Source: Candidatus Micrarchaeota archaeon
GTDB lineage: Archaea; Micrarchaeota; Micrarchaeia; Burarchaeales; JBFMAP01
Direction: 5' to 3'
DNA: 61,713 bases
NCBI GenBank assembly: GCA_964632135.1
Contig: CAZWEI010000002.1
Coordinates: 1 to 61,713, forward strand
Part shown: piece by piece, positions 1 through 9,220 of the stretch
How the letters are laid out: each line of letters begins with the position of its first letter
Position numbering within the stretch: the stretch's first letter is position 1
Notes under the pieces: generated by a model
Told to the model about the DNA's origin: nothing
What the model saw: only the letters and a program-made list of their open reading frames with translations
Databases searched by the model: none
Translations under genes and position numbers: made by a program

Positions 1-343
1 AAAAGCGGACAAATGTCCGGCTAACAAAGGCGGACAGATGTTAGGCTACTGTACATGTAACACTTATCTCGAAGGCAGATTTGTACTCGGATCCTGTTCG
101 AGTTGATGAGACGATTAAACGCGCGCTTGAGGAATCAAAAAACGTGAAAAGGAAAAAGCCGAAGAGAAAAACAACTTTTGGGATAGGGCTTCCAAAACCT
201 GGCCGAAAATGCGGGGACGCCGAGTATTTCAAATTTCCAGCGAAGCGCGACGGCCTACACGTGGGGCTTCCTGTCCACGGGCGCGTTAAACAGGACCCGA
301 GAAAAACGTGGCGAATGCCCGTCTAGATGCAGGCGTGGTCTTT

Positions 344-880
344 ATGGTTAGGATATTGCTCATTGATGATGATAAAGAGGAGCGCGACGCAACGAGGAAA
401 ATATTAGAAGAAGCACTGAAAGGCATCGAACACGAGATAGTCGAGGCGGCAGATGGCCGCGCGGGACTCGTGGAATTCAAGAAGGGGAACTTCACTCTGG
501 TTATCACTGATTTCAAAATGGGTGAAATGGACGGGCTCGAGGTGGTGGCGGCAATCCGCGAAAAGGACAAAGTCACCCCGGTAGTTGTTTTTACTGGTAT
601 GATGGATCGCGAATTCGGTGAATTCAAGGACAAAGCGAAGAAAGTTGGCGCAACCGAAGTGTTCAACAAAGCACCGCTGATTCCGTTTATCATTGACAAG
701 AAGGCGAAGGAAGAATTTCAAAACTGCATCTGCAATTTGGCGGAAAGTGGATTCAGCGCGCTGGGCGGACCGAAACATGATGACCAAAATGTACGCGGCT
801 ATATGAAGCGTGAGAGGGACAGGACGCACTATCACCTCCCTCCGCGACAAAAGCGAACTGGGCAGTCTTGTTTTGCGTGA
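344..880 (+). CDS. Stand-alone response-regulator receiver protein (CheY-like)
   Basis: ORF 308..880 with the start moved to ATG 344 (MVRILLIDDD). The canonical receiver residues are visible: acidic IDDD, phospho-acceptor VITDF, VVVFTG, and FNKAP (Lys-Pro). Confidence 0.8.
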   Translation: MVRILLIDDDKEERDATRKILEEALKGIEHEIVEAADGRAGLVEFKKGNFTLVITDFKMGEMDGLEVVAAIREKDKVTPVVVFTGMMDREFGEFKDKAKKVGATEVFNKAPLIPFIIDKKAKEEFQNCICNLAESGFSALGGPKHDDQNVRGYMKRERDRTHYHLPPRQKRTGQSCFA

Positions 881-884
881 TTTT

Positions 885-1415
885 GTGGTCAACGAATATT
901 TCATGTTCGCGGTGAGGGTTTCCCGCGACACGAGCCTGCTGGAGCAGGCCACGGAAGTTACCGTGCAGGCGATGCGCGAGATGGACGGCAAGGCGAGCGT
1001 GAACATCAGGGAGGTGCACGTTTTGGATGCCGCGCGTGAGCTGTCCAAGGCAAAACGCGCAGGTATAAATCTGGACCTCGTCATTGTTGCGGTTTCGCAG
1101 TTTTTGACCTCGGACGTGCAGAAGATGATTGTCAACATTCGGGGCGCTGACCCGCTTTTGCCTATCTTCGCGATAACCGAAGGGATGGAAAAGAAGTTTT
1201 TGGAGGAAATGGGCGTCGTAGTTTTTGATAAAACATATCTGACGGCATTCGGAGGCAACGAGATTAAAAAAAAGATCAAGGAGAAGGTAGGTTATGCCAG
1301 AAAACAGAGAGTAAACTTGGCGAACGAGAGCGGTTCGGGAATCGCAAAAAATCTTGGCTATCCGAGCGGTGGCGGCTCGGGGCCGTCTCAAGGAAAGCAT
1401 AAATTACGCTTCTGA
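885..1415 (+). CDS. Receiver-like (pseudo-receiver) protein
   Basis: ORF 810..1415. Start placed at GTG 885, 5 nt after the upstream stop, in the same ttttGTG-GTn-AAy context as the gene at 23225. IFAITEG and VVFDK are retained, but the phospho-acceptor position is LVIVAVSQF (no Asp). Confidence 0.45.
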   Translation: MVNEYFMFAVRVSRDTSLLEQATEVTVQAMREMDGKASVNIREVHVLDAARELSKAKRAGINLDLVIVAVSQFLTSDVQKMIVNIRGADPLLPIFAITEGMEKKFLEEMGVVVFDKTYLTAFGGNEIKKKIKEKVGYARKQRVNLANESGSGIAKNLGYPSGGGSGPSQGKHKLRF

Positions 1416-1730
1416 GTTCTCCTCCACCCACCTAAGATATTTTTCATACCCGCGCGCAACCGGAATAACAAAAATCGCCGGCAGTTTGTATGGGTGAAGT
1501 TTGCGCACGCGCGCCTCGATTTTTTTGTAATTTTTCTCGCTGGTCTTCACGAGCGCCACGCATTCGTTTGTTTTTTCGATTTTGTTTTTCCATCGGTAAA
1601 TCGAGCGGATTGGAAAAATGTTCGCGCACGCTGCAAGTTTTTCGCGGACGAGCGTCTCGCAGATGCGTGTGGCGGATTTCTTGTTTGGGAACGTTATGTA
1701 AACGAGAATCAACGAATCACCCGCTCGCAT
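1404..1730 (-). CDS. cutA: Divalent-cation tolerance protein CutA
   Basis: 108-aa ORF. LILVYITFPNKKSA...LVREKLAACANI...YRWKNKIE...E..LVKT is a typical CutA1 signature in both length and pattern. Confidence 0.85.
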   Translation of the reverse strand: MRAGDSLILVYITFPNKKSATRICETLVREKLAACANIFPIRSIYRWKNKIEKTNECVALVKTSEKNYKKIEARVRKLHPYKLPAIFVIPVARGYEKYLRWVEENSEA

Positions 1731-1743
1731 CGCGTTTATTTTT

Positions 1744-2274
1744 TTATTTTTTCCTGCTGCGCGCGTCGTCCACTGCCGCGAGCCACGAATCCCCGATCTT
1801 CATCAGGTAATTCCCGAACGTCTTGCTGAGCGAGATTGTCATCGGCCTGTACTTGCGCCTGCTCTCCTCTGCGATAATTGTTTCGCGCTCAACCTTCAGC
1901 ATCCCAACCCTCTTCAGCCTCGGGAGCACGCGGTTGTAGAACGTCGCCTTTGAAACATTGTTCTGGATTACAAACGCGTTTATCTCGTGCCCGCGCATCG
2001 AGATTTTCTCTGCGAGAAGTGTCATGAACACGAGCGCGGTCTCGTTGTATTTCCTCTGGTACCGCTTCGGGAAGACGAAATTCATTACCTCCTCGAGGCT
2101 CCACAAATTCCGAGTAAGCGTCTCCTCCTTGTCCTGGAACGCGCGCAACTCCTCGCTGTAATGCGCAGGCAGGTAAAGGGAATCACCAGATGGGATTCCG
2201 CGCGACGCGATCTCTTTCTTCTTCTGCTCGCCCGCTGGCTGCACGCTAGCCTGCGCTTCTTCTGGCTCGCCCAT
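1744..2274 (-). CDS. Winged-helix DNA-binding protein (hypothetical)
   Basis: 176-aa ORF. The segment VSKATFYNRVLPRLKRVGMLKVERE looks like a wHTH recognition helix plus wing. It is divergent from the 826-aa gene. Confidence 0.5.
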   Translation of the reverse strand: MGEPEEAQASVQPAGEQKKKEIASRGIPSGDSLYLPAHYSEELRAFQDKEETLTRNLWSLEEVMNFVFPKRYQRKYNETALVFMTLLAEKISMRGHEINAFVIQNNVSKATFYNRVLPRLKRVGMLKVERETIIAEESRRKYRPMTISLSKTFGNYLMKIGDSWLAAVDDARSRKK

Positions 2275-2407
2275 GAGTTATTATCACAGTAAACCTCTTA
2301 TAAACCTATCGATTCGCGCGAATTTCGTATGCGCGCGGGTGCAAATTTATGTGCATTTTCGACGTAAAGCGAGGGGTTTATATATCTGAAATGCATATAT
2401 TATTGGC

Positions 2408-4888
2408 ATGTCCTTTCAGTCTTTACATTATCAGCCTGGAGCTGAAGCAGTGCAAACTCAAGGGGTAGCTGCGCGTCTAGCCTTTGAGAGGCACAAGAAA
2501 GTAGCGGACAAACTCCGAGGCGTGCGGATGGGTGTGGCCGGCGATGTAGGAGAGGAACTTACAAATCTGACGCAAATCGCACGCGCACTAGCTCAACATA
2601 TAACGAAAGACAGGACGTTTGAAAACGGACAGTTTAACATCGAGCTTGTTGGGGATTTGGGGAAACCTCCGAAGGAACTTGTAACTGATACTGTCAGACT
2701 TCTTGTGCTTGGTGGGGAGAAGTATTATCCGGTGGGGTATGGTGTAAAATCAATACCCTCGACTGCATGGGAGGGTTTGGCAAAACTTGGCAGCGTGTCC
2801 CGTACTGAATCGTATAGGCTAGGGCTCAGTCGAGAGAAGTTGCTGGAGAGGTTGGGTGAAATTGAAACGGAAATCGACGAATTGAAAAAGAAAAAAACCA
2901 AAACGGATAAAACTAGTGGCGAGTTCCTTGAAAATACGGTTGGGCTTGTCAGGGCTCTGCGTGAGCGCGCCGAGGTTGTGGAGGAGATACGACGTATAGC
3001 CACAAACATGCGTGTTAAAGGTGCGGACATAGACGCGCATCTGAGTGAGATAAACAGAATCGCTAGAGAGTTGTCCATAAAGATGGATGGCAGTGTAAAC
3101 CCGAGTATAGAAAACCATAAAGAAAAAATGAGGAAAGTGGTGGAACATTCGTGGCCTATTGATTTGAGAGATATCAAACCGCTTTTATACGCCGTCAACA
3201 ACATCGGAAAAGAAGAAGAAAAGCTCGAGAAACTGAAGAAACTGGAAACATTCACAAACGCGTATTTGGACATAGAGGAGAGGAACCTTGGCCGGGATCA
3301 TCTGACGGGAATGAGCAGGCGTGTCGCCAATTTGATAGACGCGTTTGAGATAGAGTGCGAATGCTACCAGAATTGCATTCAGAACCTGCACCAGCAGTGC
3401 ATACAGGATAGACTGCTGGTATTCGTGGGGGATAAACTGGACACCCTTGGAAAGCAGGTTGGGGGGATTAGGAAAAAAATAAACGCCTTGGAGGAGTTGG
3501 CAGCAGAAACAAGTTTGGAGGAGAGATTTGAGCTCCTCTACGAAATAGCAAAGCTTCGGTCTGCATTGTTGAAGAGCGTTTATGATTTGTATAATGAAAC
3601 GTGGAAATTGAGCAAGGATAAACGCCGAGAAAAGAAGTATGGGTATATTCTAGACGAACTGAGTAGAATTTTCTTGGGGTTCGCGTCCGTCACTCCGGAC
3701 AAGGAAATGAAGTTGTGGGAGGGCGTTCTCGGTGATTTTGGTAGAGAATTAAAGAAAACGAGAAAGTTGCGTTATTTGAAAAAGAAGATAAAGGCATATA
3801 ACGCTCACCTAAAAAGCGCAGGGCCTCTTGAGACGGAAATAAAGAGAGAGTATGTGGGCTCTAGGGGCGTGTGGAAGGGAGAAATAAAGACGCTCAAGAC
3901 GGAGCTGGAGACCGCGATAAATAACTTAAAGGAAGACGCACCGATTTTGGGTTATTGCCTGACGACGGCAAACCGCGAGTTACAGCTACACAGCCAACAC
4001 AAGCTAAGGAGACGCCTACACGAAGATGCTAGAGTATATATCACACCTGAGAAGATGGCAGAGGCGCTGTATTTGGCCGTAAATGTGAGTGAAAAAAGCG
4101 AAATAACGCATTTGCAGGATAGGCTGGTCTCGTGCAATGAAAAGATAGGGGTCCTTTTTGAAAAAATAGGGGTTGATTTCTGGAATTGGGCCCGTAACTA
4201 CGAGCACATATACGGGGAACAGACGCTGTTTGACACGGTATGGTCTGATATTATGCATAAAAAAACGGAGAAAACAATACGTGTCAGATATGAACCTAGA
4301 GTCATGGATGGCGTGCGTGGCGTTATGCTCTCCTCTGAGGTTATACCCGAGCTTTTTGTTCCATTCACTGGCCGTCCAAGCACAGAAGTTATCAATAGTG
4401 CCAACATCCTTCATGGGGTTAAGGATCAGGCGATAGGGGATAAAGTTCCCCTCGAATGGTTGGATGCAAGTCTAGAGGCCTATGGAAAAGGCAGATACGC
4501 GCGGTTTGTGGATTTCGTGTCTAACAACTTAGAAGAGCACAGCAAGACGCACGAAAAACTTGTTAAAAACGAAAATGATCTTTTGATTCTAGTTTCCCTA
4601 GCAAGCAGAAGGTTGCTCAATGGATTTACAACCGCGGATTTTGGAGAGAGCCCGCCGATGATTTTGGGTGGGGAGAACACCTTCGAACAAATAATGCGAA
4701 CGCGGGTGTTGAAAGACAAATACAAGTACGATCTTCTCTCGCTAGAAGCCGAGAAGTTCTGCATGGTAGGACTTGTTTCGTGCGTTCTGGATGAAGTACA
4801 CAGGCGCATAAATAGCAGTATTGCTGATGGCCTTAATACGATTTCGAAGAGGCTTGATAGGATGCGTGAGGATGTTGCAGATGCCTAG
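2408..4888 (+). CDS. Large (826 aa) predominantly helical/coiled-coil protein, function unknown
   Basis: Uninterrupted ORF with long K/E/L-rich heptad-like stretches. No P-loop or other catalytic motif was recognised by eye. A TATA-like tttatatatc lies 23-32 nt upstream of the ATG. Confidence 0.7.
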   Translation: MSFQSLHYQPGAEAVQTQGVAARLAFERHKKVADKLRGVRMGVAGDVGEELTNLTQIARALAQHITKDRTFENGQFNIELVGDLGKPPKELVTDTVRLLVLGGEKYYPVGYGVKSIPSTAWEGLAKLGSVSRTESYRLGLSREKLLERLGEIETEIDELKKKKTKTDKTSGEFLENTVGLVRALRERAEVVEEIRRIATNMRVKGADIDAHLSEINRIARELSIKMDGSVNPSIENHKEKMRKVVEHSWPIDLRDIKPLLYAVNNIGKEEEKLEKLKKLETFTNAYLDIEERNLGRDHLTGMSRRVANLIDAFEIECECYQNCIQNLHQQCIQDRLLVFVGDKLDTLGKQVGGIRKKINALEELAAETSLEERFELLYEIAKLRSALLKSVYDLYNETWKLSKDKRREKKYGYILDELSRIFLGFASVTPDKEMKLWEGVLGDFGRELKKTRKLRYLKKKIKAYNAHLKSAGPLETEIKREYVGSRGVWKGEIKTLKTELETAINNLKEDAPILGYCLTTANRELQLHSQHKLRRRLHEDARVYITPEKMAEALYLAVNVSEKSEITHLQDRLVSCNEKIGVLFEKIGVDFWNWARNYEHIYGEQTLFDTVWSDIMHKKTEKTIRVRYEPRVMDGVRGVMLSSEVIPELFVPFTGRPSTEVINSANILHGVKDQAIGDKVPLEWLDASLEAYGKGRYARFVDFVSNNLEEHSKTHEKLVKNENDLLILVSLASRRLLNGFTTADFGESPPMILGGENTFEQIMRTRVLKDKYKYDLLSLEAEKFCMVGLVSCVLDEVHRRINSSIADGLNTISKRLDRMREDVADA

Positions 4889-5303
4889 CAAAACCGCCTG
4901 GAAAAAGATTCAGCACTTTCCTACTGCGGGGATAGTGAGAACGGGGGAGGTTGAGAAGAGACCAGATGCATTTGAACAGGAGAAAATCCGCCGAATCTTG
5001 GAGGAGATACGGACTGGCGAACGCGAGAAAAAAGCGCAGGGCGTTTCTGTTGAATATCTCGCGCAGAAATTGGGGTACGTTTCACGCGGTTATCGTAGAT
5101 TTAACGTAGTGACGAGAAGGAAAGTGCTGCAGGGGGCGTGGGATAAGATGCTGTCGCATATAACGGATGCGGTTTATGTTGGATTTATAAAAGTTAAAAC
5201 TAGTCCAGGGGGGAGAAACATCGTACTAATGCTTACGCCGAAGGGCGAGCGTTTTCTCGCGTCGCATGATGTAGATGTGCAAAAATCCATTAAAAAGCAA
5301 TAG
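4881..5303 (+). CDS. Winged-helix (MarR-like) protein, translationally coupled to the 826-aa gene
   Basis: ORF 4821..5303. ATG 4881 overlaps the upstream stop (ATGCCTAG). VEYLAQKLGYVSRGYRRFN...IKVKTSPGGRNIVLMLTPKGERF is a wHTH-like helix plus beta-wing. Confidence 0.6.
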   Translation: MPSKTAWKKIQHFPTAGIVRTGEVEKRPDAFEQEKIRRILEEIRTGEREKKAQGVSVEYLAQKLGYVSRGYRRFNVVTRRKVLQGAWDKMLSHITDAVYVGFIKVKTSPGGRNIVLMLTPKGERFLASHDVDVQKSIKKQ

Positions 5304-5364
5304 TTTAAAAACCCGCGCGCAAAAACTACTTTTCACAGGCGACAAAAGGCGAGAGGTAATCTAT

Positions 5365-5529
5365 ATGGACCACGGAATCTTCATGAGATGCGAAATTTGC
5401 AAGAGGGACATTCCCTCTCGCGCGGAAAAAATAAGCAAACTAGATTTGGAGGGGTATTCCCACACATTCTGCAAAATATGCTACGCAAATGCGGATGCTG
5501 TGAACGCGGCACTTAATGGAAAGAAATGA
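5365..5529 (+). CDS. Small zinc-ribbon-like protein
   Basis: ORF 5275..5529 trimmed to ATG 5365. It carries CEIC...CKIC cysteine pairs and encodes 54 aa. Confidence 0.4.
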   Translation: MDHGIFMRCEICKRDIPSRAEKISKLDLEGYSHTFCKICYANADAVNAALNGKK

Positions 5530-5548
5530 GGCGATGGCACGCGTGACT

Positions 5549-5599
5549 GATTTGCGCATGCGCGCAAATGGTCCATTTTTCGCGGAGGCGAAAAATTGG
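5549..5599. repeat. Double-hairpin palindromic element, copy a
   Basis: gATTTGCGC-atg-cGCGCAAATGG t CCATTTTTCGC-ggag-GCGAAAAATTGG. Same architecture as the copies at 5800, 22692, 40140, 50996 and 51444. Confidence 0.75.
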
Positions 5600-5625
5600 A
5601 AGGAAAACGACGCGGATTTTATTTG

Positions 5626-5862
5626 ATGGTGTTCGGCGTGCTCCTCGTTATTTTCGGCTTGAGGATGTACATGGACCCGCGCATTTTTGTCATTCTTCTC
5701 GGCGTGGTGTTTTATCTGATTGGTGTAGATAACTACCTTCTAGCGAATTTCAAGGAAAGCATAATTGAAGAGGTCAGGGGCGAGCTCGGGAAGAAAAAGG
5801 CGCAATTTTTGCTACGCAAAAATGCGCATTTGCGCGGAGCGCAAATTGCGCGCGAAAGATAG
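5626..5862 (+). CDS. Small two-TM membrane protein, with its C-terminal tail encoded by a palindromic element
   Basis: ORF 5596..5862. The TTG at 5596 lies inside repeat copy a, so ATG 5626 (MVFGVLLVIFGL) is preferred. There are two hydrophobic spans. The last ~19 aa (AQFLLRKNAHLRGAQIARER) are read from repeat copy b. Confidence 0.4.
   Translation: MVFGVLLVIFGLRMYMDPRIFVILLGVVFYLIGVDNYLLANFKESIIEEVRGELGKKKAQFLLRKNAHLRGAQIARER
5800..5854. repeat. Double-hairpin palindromic element, copy b
   Basis: GCGCAATTTTTGC-tac-GCAAAAATGCGC followed by ATTTGCGC-gga-GCGCAAAT. The 39-nt stretch 5815-5853 matches 22762-22800 apart from 2 compensatory differences. Confidence 0.8.
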
Positions 5863-5875
5863 GATACATAAACTT

Positions 5876-5902
5876 TTTTAGAAATGCTAAGATTATGTTG
5901 GT
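5876..5902 (+). repeat. 27-nt dispersed repeat, copy 1
   Basis: ttttagaaatgctaagattatgttggt. It matches the reverse complement of 9221-9247 at 25 of 27 positions. Confidence 0.6.
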
Positions 5903-6068
5903 TTATTTGGAAACCGCCTAACAAAAAGGGCGTGGTTTAAATACGCGCGCAGTGCAGGCAATGGAAAATGTCAGAAGGCGGATGCGTGAAATAAACTTCT
6001 TTTGGCGCGCTCGCGGACAGTTAAGTATATATAATTTCGAGGGAGTTAAAGAGGTGAAGATGATCTGA

Positions 6069-6734
6069 TTGAGAGGTCTAGTTTTGATTGCATTGATTGT
6101 TCTGATGCCTGCCGTAGTAGCAGGCTTGATAGAGGTACGTTACGTTATTTCTCAACCTCCGGCGCCCGTGGTTTGTGATGTTTTGGAGATTGGTTATTCA
6201 CTTAGTGGCAACGGAACGTATTTTGCTGGAGATAAAATTTTTATAAAAAACATGAGCGTAAGAAATTTACAAGAATTTGACGCAGTAAAGAATATTGAAG
6301 TTAGTGTGGATGTTGTCCAATACCCAGCACGGAATCGGTTTCATCTTAAATCGTTCAATATAACGGCGTTAGGGGGTAAGGAAACGTATATTGTTCCTTA
6401 TGAAAATTATGCTGAAGAACGAGATGGAATTGTGGGTAATTCGTTTAAGATAGAGGAAGGGGGCCGGTACTATCTCGACTTTTTGGTAAGCGGTAATGAA
6501 GAACCGTGCAGATCAGAGTTGTTTAATATATCCACTAGTTATACCAACGAATCTGAAAAAGAAGATTTGTGGCGACAGTTAACAAAACCAGAGACTATTG
6601 CACAGGGCATTATCGGTGTTGTTGTTGCTGGCATCGCCATCATTCTTGAGGTTGTTTTTAAAATTTTTAGTAGAGGGTTGTCGTGGATAATTTCGCGCGC
6701 CAAAAAAATGTTAAGTAGAACCGCGCGTAAGTAA
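6069..6734 (+). CDS. Secreted/membrane-anchored protein with many N-glycosylation sequons
   Basis: 221-aa ORF with a TTG start 11 nt after GAGGTGA. It has an N-terminal hydrophobic signal (LVLIALIVLMPAVVAG), a C-terminal TM (IIGVVVAGIAIILEVVF) and several NxS/T sites. A TATA-like aagtatatataa lies upstream. Confidence 0.6.
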   Translation: MRGLVLIALIVLMPAVVAGLIEVRYVISQPPAPVVCDVLEIGYSLSGNGTYFAGDKIFIKNMSVRNLQEFDAVKNIEVSVDVVQYPARNRFHLKSFNITALGGKETYIVPYENYAEERDGIVGNSFKIEEGGRYYLDFLVSGNEEPCRSELFNISTSYTNESEKEDLWRQLTKPETIAQGIIGVVVAGIAIILEVVFKIFSRGLSWIISRAKKMLSRTARK

Positions 6735-6978
6735 ACCTTCTTTTTAATTTTTATTCTATCAGTAAACCCAACGCGCGCAAAAATGGGGTTTTTCACATCT
6801 TTCGTGGTTTATGGTCGCGCAGGCATTCCTCCACCATCAAAATAATCCAATCAATATCGTGACGATGAACCGCGGGGCGGGGTTCGCTTTTGTGGAGCGC
6901 GCTCGGGTTTATTGAAATTGTAATTTTGGTGCGCGTGCGGTGTATTGGAATGATGTTTTTTGTGGAGGCGTGGTTCGT

Positions 6979-7908
6979 TTAAATTTGGAACCGTTTTACT
7001 GCGTACAGATCTCGTGTGTCAAATATTATAACCCACGGCGAGTCTGGTTTTGGATCGTTTCCAACTGCAACGCACGTGCTCGCGTCTATGTTTATTTTGA
7101 ACACTCCAGAGTATTCAACAGTCCAGTGCATATGGCCGCTGAGCGTGAGGAGTGGCTGGAGATGAAGAATGAAATCGTAAATCGCCTGGCTGCCTGCGTG
7201 ATTTTTATCATCCGCAAAATCAATTGCCTCATCGCCTTTGCCCAACGGCGGCGCGTGGAAAACATAAATTGTGTTCTTGGGGTCTTTTGTGTAAAGCTCC
7301 TGCTCGAGATGTTTGCCTATGCTCAAACTATCGTGAAGGTGGAACTGCATCCTAACCAAATCGCTTCCTTCGCTTTTGTATCCCTCGACAGGAACGCCAT
7401 CGAGATAAAGTTTTGTGGAATAGGCGCCTAAATCGTGCGGCGGGTCTGGTTTTTCCCAATCCTTGAAACGAATGGCGTCTGGATGAGAGATGGGCACATA
7501 GGAACAGCCGACGATGCGCCGATTGTTGATGTGCGCATCCTTGTCATGCAAAAGATGGAAGACCTTGCCGTCGACTTCCTTGTCCTTGAGCAGTTCGAGA
7601 TGCGATTTCGCATCGTCGTTCCCAAGCATCAGCAGTATTTTGCGGTCCTTGTTTTTCTCGTGGAAGCGTATTAGAAGCGGGAGAAGTTCGTTTTCCAAGA
7701 ACGCACGCTGTCTAGTTATCAGTTTGCTGTTTTCCACGCGTGCCGGCTTCCCCACAAGCTGGCCGCTTCCTATGTTCTTCGGGAGGAGGTCGCCGCCAAA
7801 AATGAAGGCCGCGAGGTCGTTTTTCCGCATGTAGTCAAGCGAGCGCAGGAATTGCTCTAGGTTGCCGTGGTTGTCAGAAGTAAAACCTACCCGCATGCGT
7901 TGTCTCAT
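6979..7908 (-). CDS. Calcineurin-like metallophosphoesterase
   Basis: 309-aa ORF with the motifs FTSDNHG, GGDLLPKN, LGNDD and SGHMH in the canonical order. Confidence 0.85.
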   Translation of the reverse strand: MRQRMRVGFTSDNHGNLEQFLRSLDYMRKNDLAAFIFGGDLLPKNIGSGQLVGKPARVENSKLITRQRAFLENELLPLLIRFHEKNKDRKILLMLGNDDAKSHLELLKDKEVDGKVFHLLHDKDAHINNRRIVGCSYVPISHPDAIRFKDWEKPDPPHDLGAYSTKLYLDGVPVEGYKSEGSDLVRMQFHLHDSLSIGKHLEQELYTKDPKNTIYVFHAPPLGKGDEAIDFADDKNHAGSQAIYDFILHLQPLLTLSGHMHWTVEYSGVFKINIDASTCVAVGNDPKPDSPWVIIFDTRDLYAVKRFQI

Positions 7909-7968
7909 AAGATATATGTATTTGCAGGCGCGCGTATTTAATGGTTGGTTATAAATGCTAAGTATATT

Positions 7969-7995
7969 TTAGCGTTTCTAAGAAAGTGTTGGAAG
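7969..7995 (+). repeat. 27-nt dispersed repeat, degenerate copy
   Basis: ttttagcgtttctaagaaagtgttgga, about 19 of 27 identical to copy 1. It forms a hairpin with the preceding aaatgctaa. Confidence 0.35.
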
Positions 7996-8016
7996 AATGT
8001 TAATATACCTGTGCGC

Positions 8017-8049
8017 GCATAACAATTAATCTTATTCTGGAGTGGTTTT
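8017..8049 (+). promoter_or_regulatory. Shared promoter/5'UTR module (GCATAA..TAaTCTTATTCT.GaGtGG)
   Basis: gcataacaattaatcttattctggagtggtttt directly precedes GTG 8050. Related modules precede six other genes. Confidence 0.45.
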
Positions 8050-9219
8050 GTGTCCGAGGAGAGGGATGTTGAGTATCTCATAGGGCTCGTGAGAAGCAGG
8101 GATAAGTGGAAACAGTTGGACGCCATTGTTGGAGCCGAGGAACTAAACAAGAGGTACGGGCGAGGCGCAATGAGCGTGGTTGGCGAGGCGATTGCAAATT
8201 ATGCAGGCGGGGAAGTTTTGAAAAACGCGATGTACGCGGGCATTGAAATCGGGGGCTCGGAAGCTGCCGAGATATTTGCGAGCTTACTACGGAACCCGGA
8301 CATAAACGTCGCGATGGTTGGCGAGATGGGCCTTATGGGGCTTGCGGCAAAGGCTGCGGAGCAGGGCGATCTCGAAACGATGAAGACGATTTTGACTGTG
8401 ATTGGCAGGACATTTTTCGATGAAAGGCGGAAGGACATGCTCGCAATTTATAATTCTTTTGAGATTGGTGGGGTCCTTGAGGAGTTAAAAACGAAGCCGA
8501 GCAGCGAAAAGACAATGGAGGCGGTTTCTGAGTTCGTTCGGAAGGTTAAGGAAAAACTAGCTGGCGGGAACGAGAAGGAGCACCTCAAGGAGATAGGAGA
8601 AGCCAAAAACGTTGATGATTTGATCGAAGTGGTCCTCATAATCTTGAAAAAGCCTGCTGGCGCGAGCGTTTTGGACGCGATCGTCGAGGCGGTTGCTGAA
8701 AAGGCCGACGGGAAGACAAAGGAAATTTTTGAAAAAATGAGTACGGAGCAAGACCCTCGGGTTGCAGCAATGGCTTGCCTGTGCCTTGCTGGAATCGCCG
8801 CACGAGACGGGAGCGGTCTGTTTGTGGACAAATATTTGAAAGCCGCTGGAGAGAAGATGAAGAACTTGAACGATGAGTTCGGCAGCGTAAAGGAGATGGG
8901 CGAAAGGATTCTGTTCAGATATTTGCTGAATTGCGGTGAAGAGGATTTAACGGCCGTAAAGGACAAGGAAACTGCTAAAACGTTTGTGAGTGTGTTCAAC
9001 GTTTTGGGGATGGCGAACCCGAGGAGTGGCGGAAGCAGTAAGGATAAAGAACGCTATTCGGAGCTGAAGAGAATCGCCGATGATTTGAGATTTGCAGTAT
9101 TGGGCGGGGCGAGCGCCGGCGAGATAGTCGAAAAAATAGAGAAGTTTGTAAAGGCACGCGGGCTACGAGAAGAAAAGAAGGGCAGTTCGCGGGCTGGACT
9201 TATGAAAGGGGCGGGCTGA
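8050..9219 (+). CDS. HEAT/ARM-like helical repeat protein (hypothetical)
   Basis: 389-aa ORF with a GTG start after GGAGTGGTTTT. It contains alpha-helical repeats. The C-terminal half (DPRVAAMACLCLAGIAARDG...ILFRYLL...SKDKERYSELKRIADDLRFAVLGG) is paralogous to the gene at 11697..12401. Confidence 0.65.
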   Translation: MSEERDVEYLIGLVRSRDKWKQLDAIVGAEELNKRYGRGAMSVVGEAIANYAGGEVLKNAMYAGIEIGGSEAAEIFASLLRNPDINVAMVGEMGLMGLAAKAAEQGDLETMKTILTVIGRTFFDERRKDMLAIYNSFEIGGVLEELKTKPSSEKTMEAVSEFVRKVKEKLAGGNEKEHLKEIGEAKNVDDLIEVVLIILKKPAGASVLDAIVEAVAEKADGKTKEIFEKMSTEQDPRVAAMACLCLAGIAARDGSGLFVDKYLKAAGEKMKNLNDEFGSVKEMGERILFRYLLNCGEEDLTAVKDKETAKTFVSVFNVLGMANPRSGGSSKDKERYSELKRIADDLRFAVLGGASAGEIVEKIEKFVKARGLREEKKGSSRAGLMKGAG

Positions 9220-9220
9220 T

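Noticed and set aside
5-48. Two 19-nt direct repeats with a 25-nt period at the window edge (gcggacaaatgtccggcta / gcggacagatgttaggcta). Is this a CRISPR array?
   Set aside because: There are only two imperfect copies (16 of 19) and the 6-nt spacer is far too short for a CRISPR array. The window edge prevents any further assessment. A hairpin with a similar TAACAAA(A)G loop occurs at ~5911-5935, but two cases are not enough to call a motif.
81-326. An 81-aa TTG-initiated ORF upstream of the response regulator.
   Set aside because: It has no SD and no recognisable motif, and its composition is basic and low-complexity. I cannot support it as a gene, although it might be a real small basic protein.
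404-1279. A 291-aa ORF on the minus strand, plus the overlapping ORF at 753..1400.
   Set aside because: Both are antisense to the receiver and receiver-like genes, which have clear motifs. They have low-complexity Ser/Arg/Leu-rich translations typical of shadow ORFs in GC-rich DNA.
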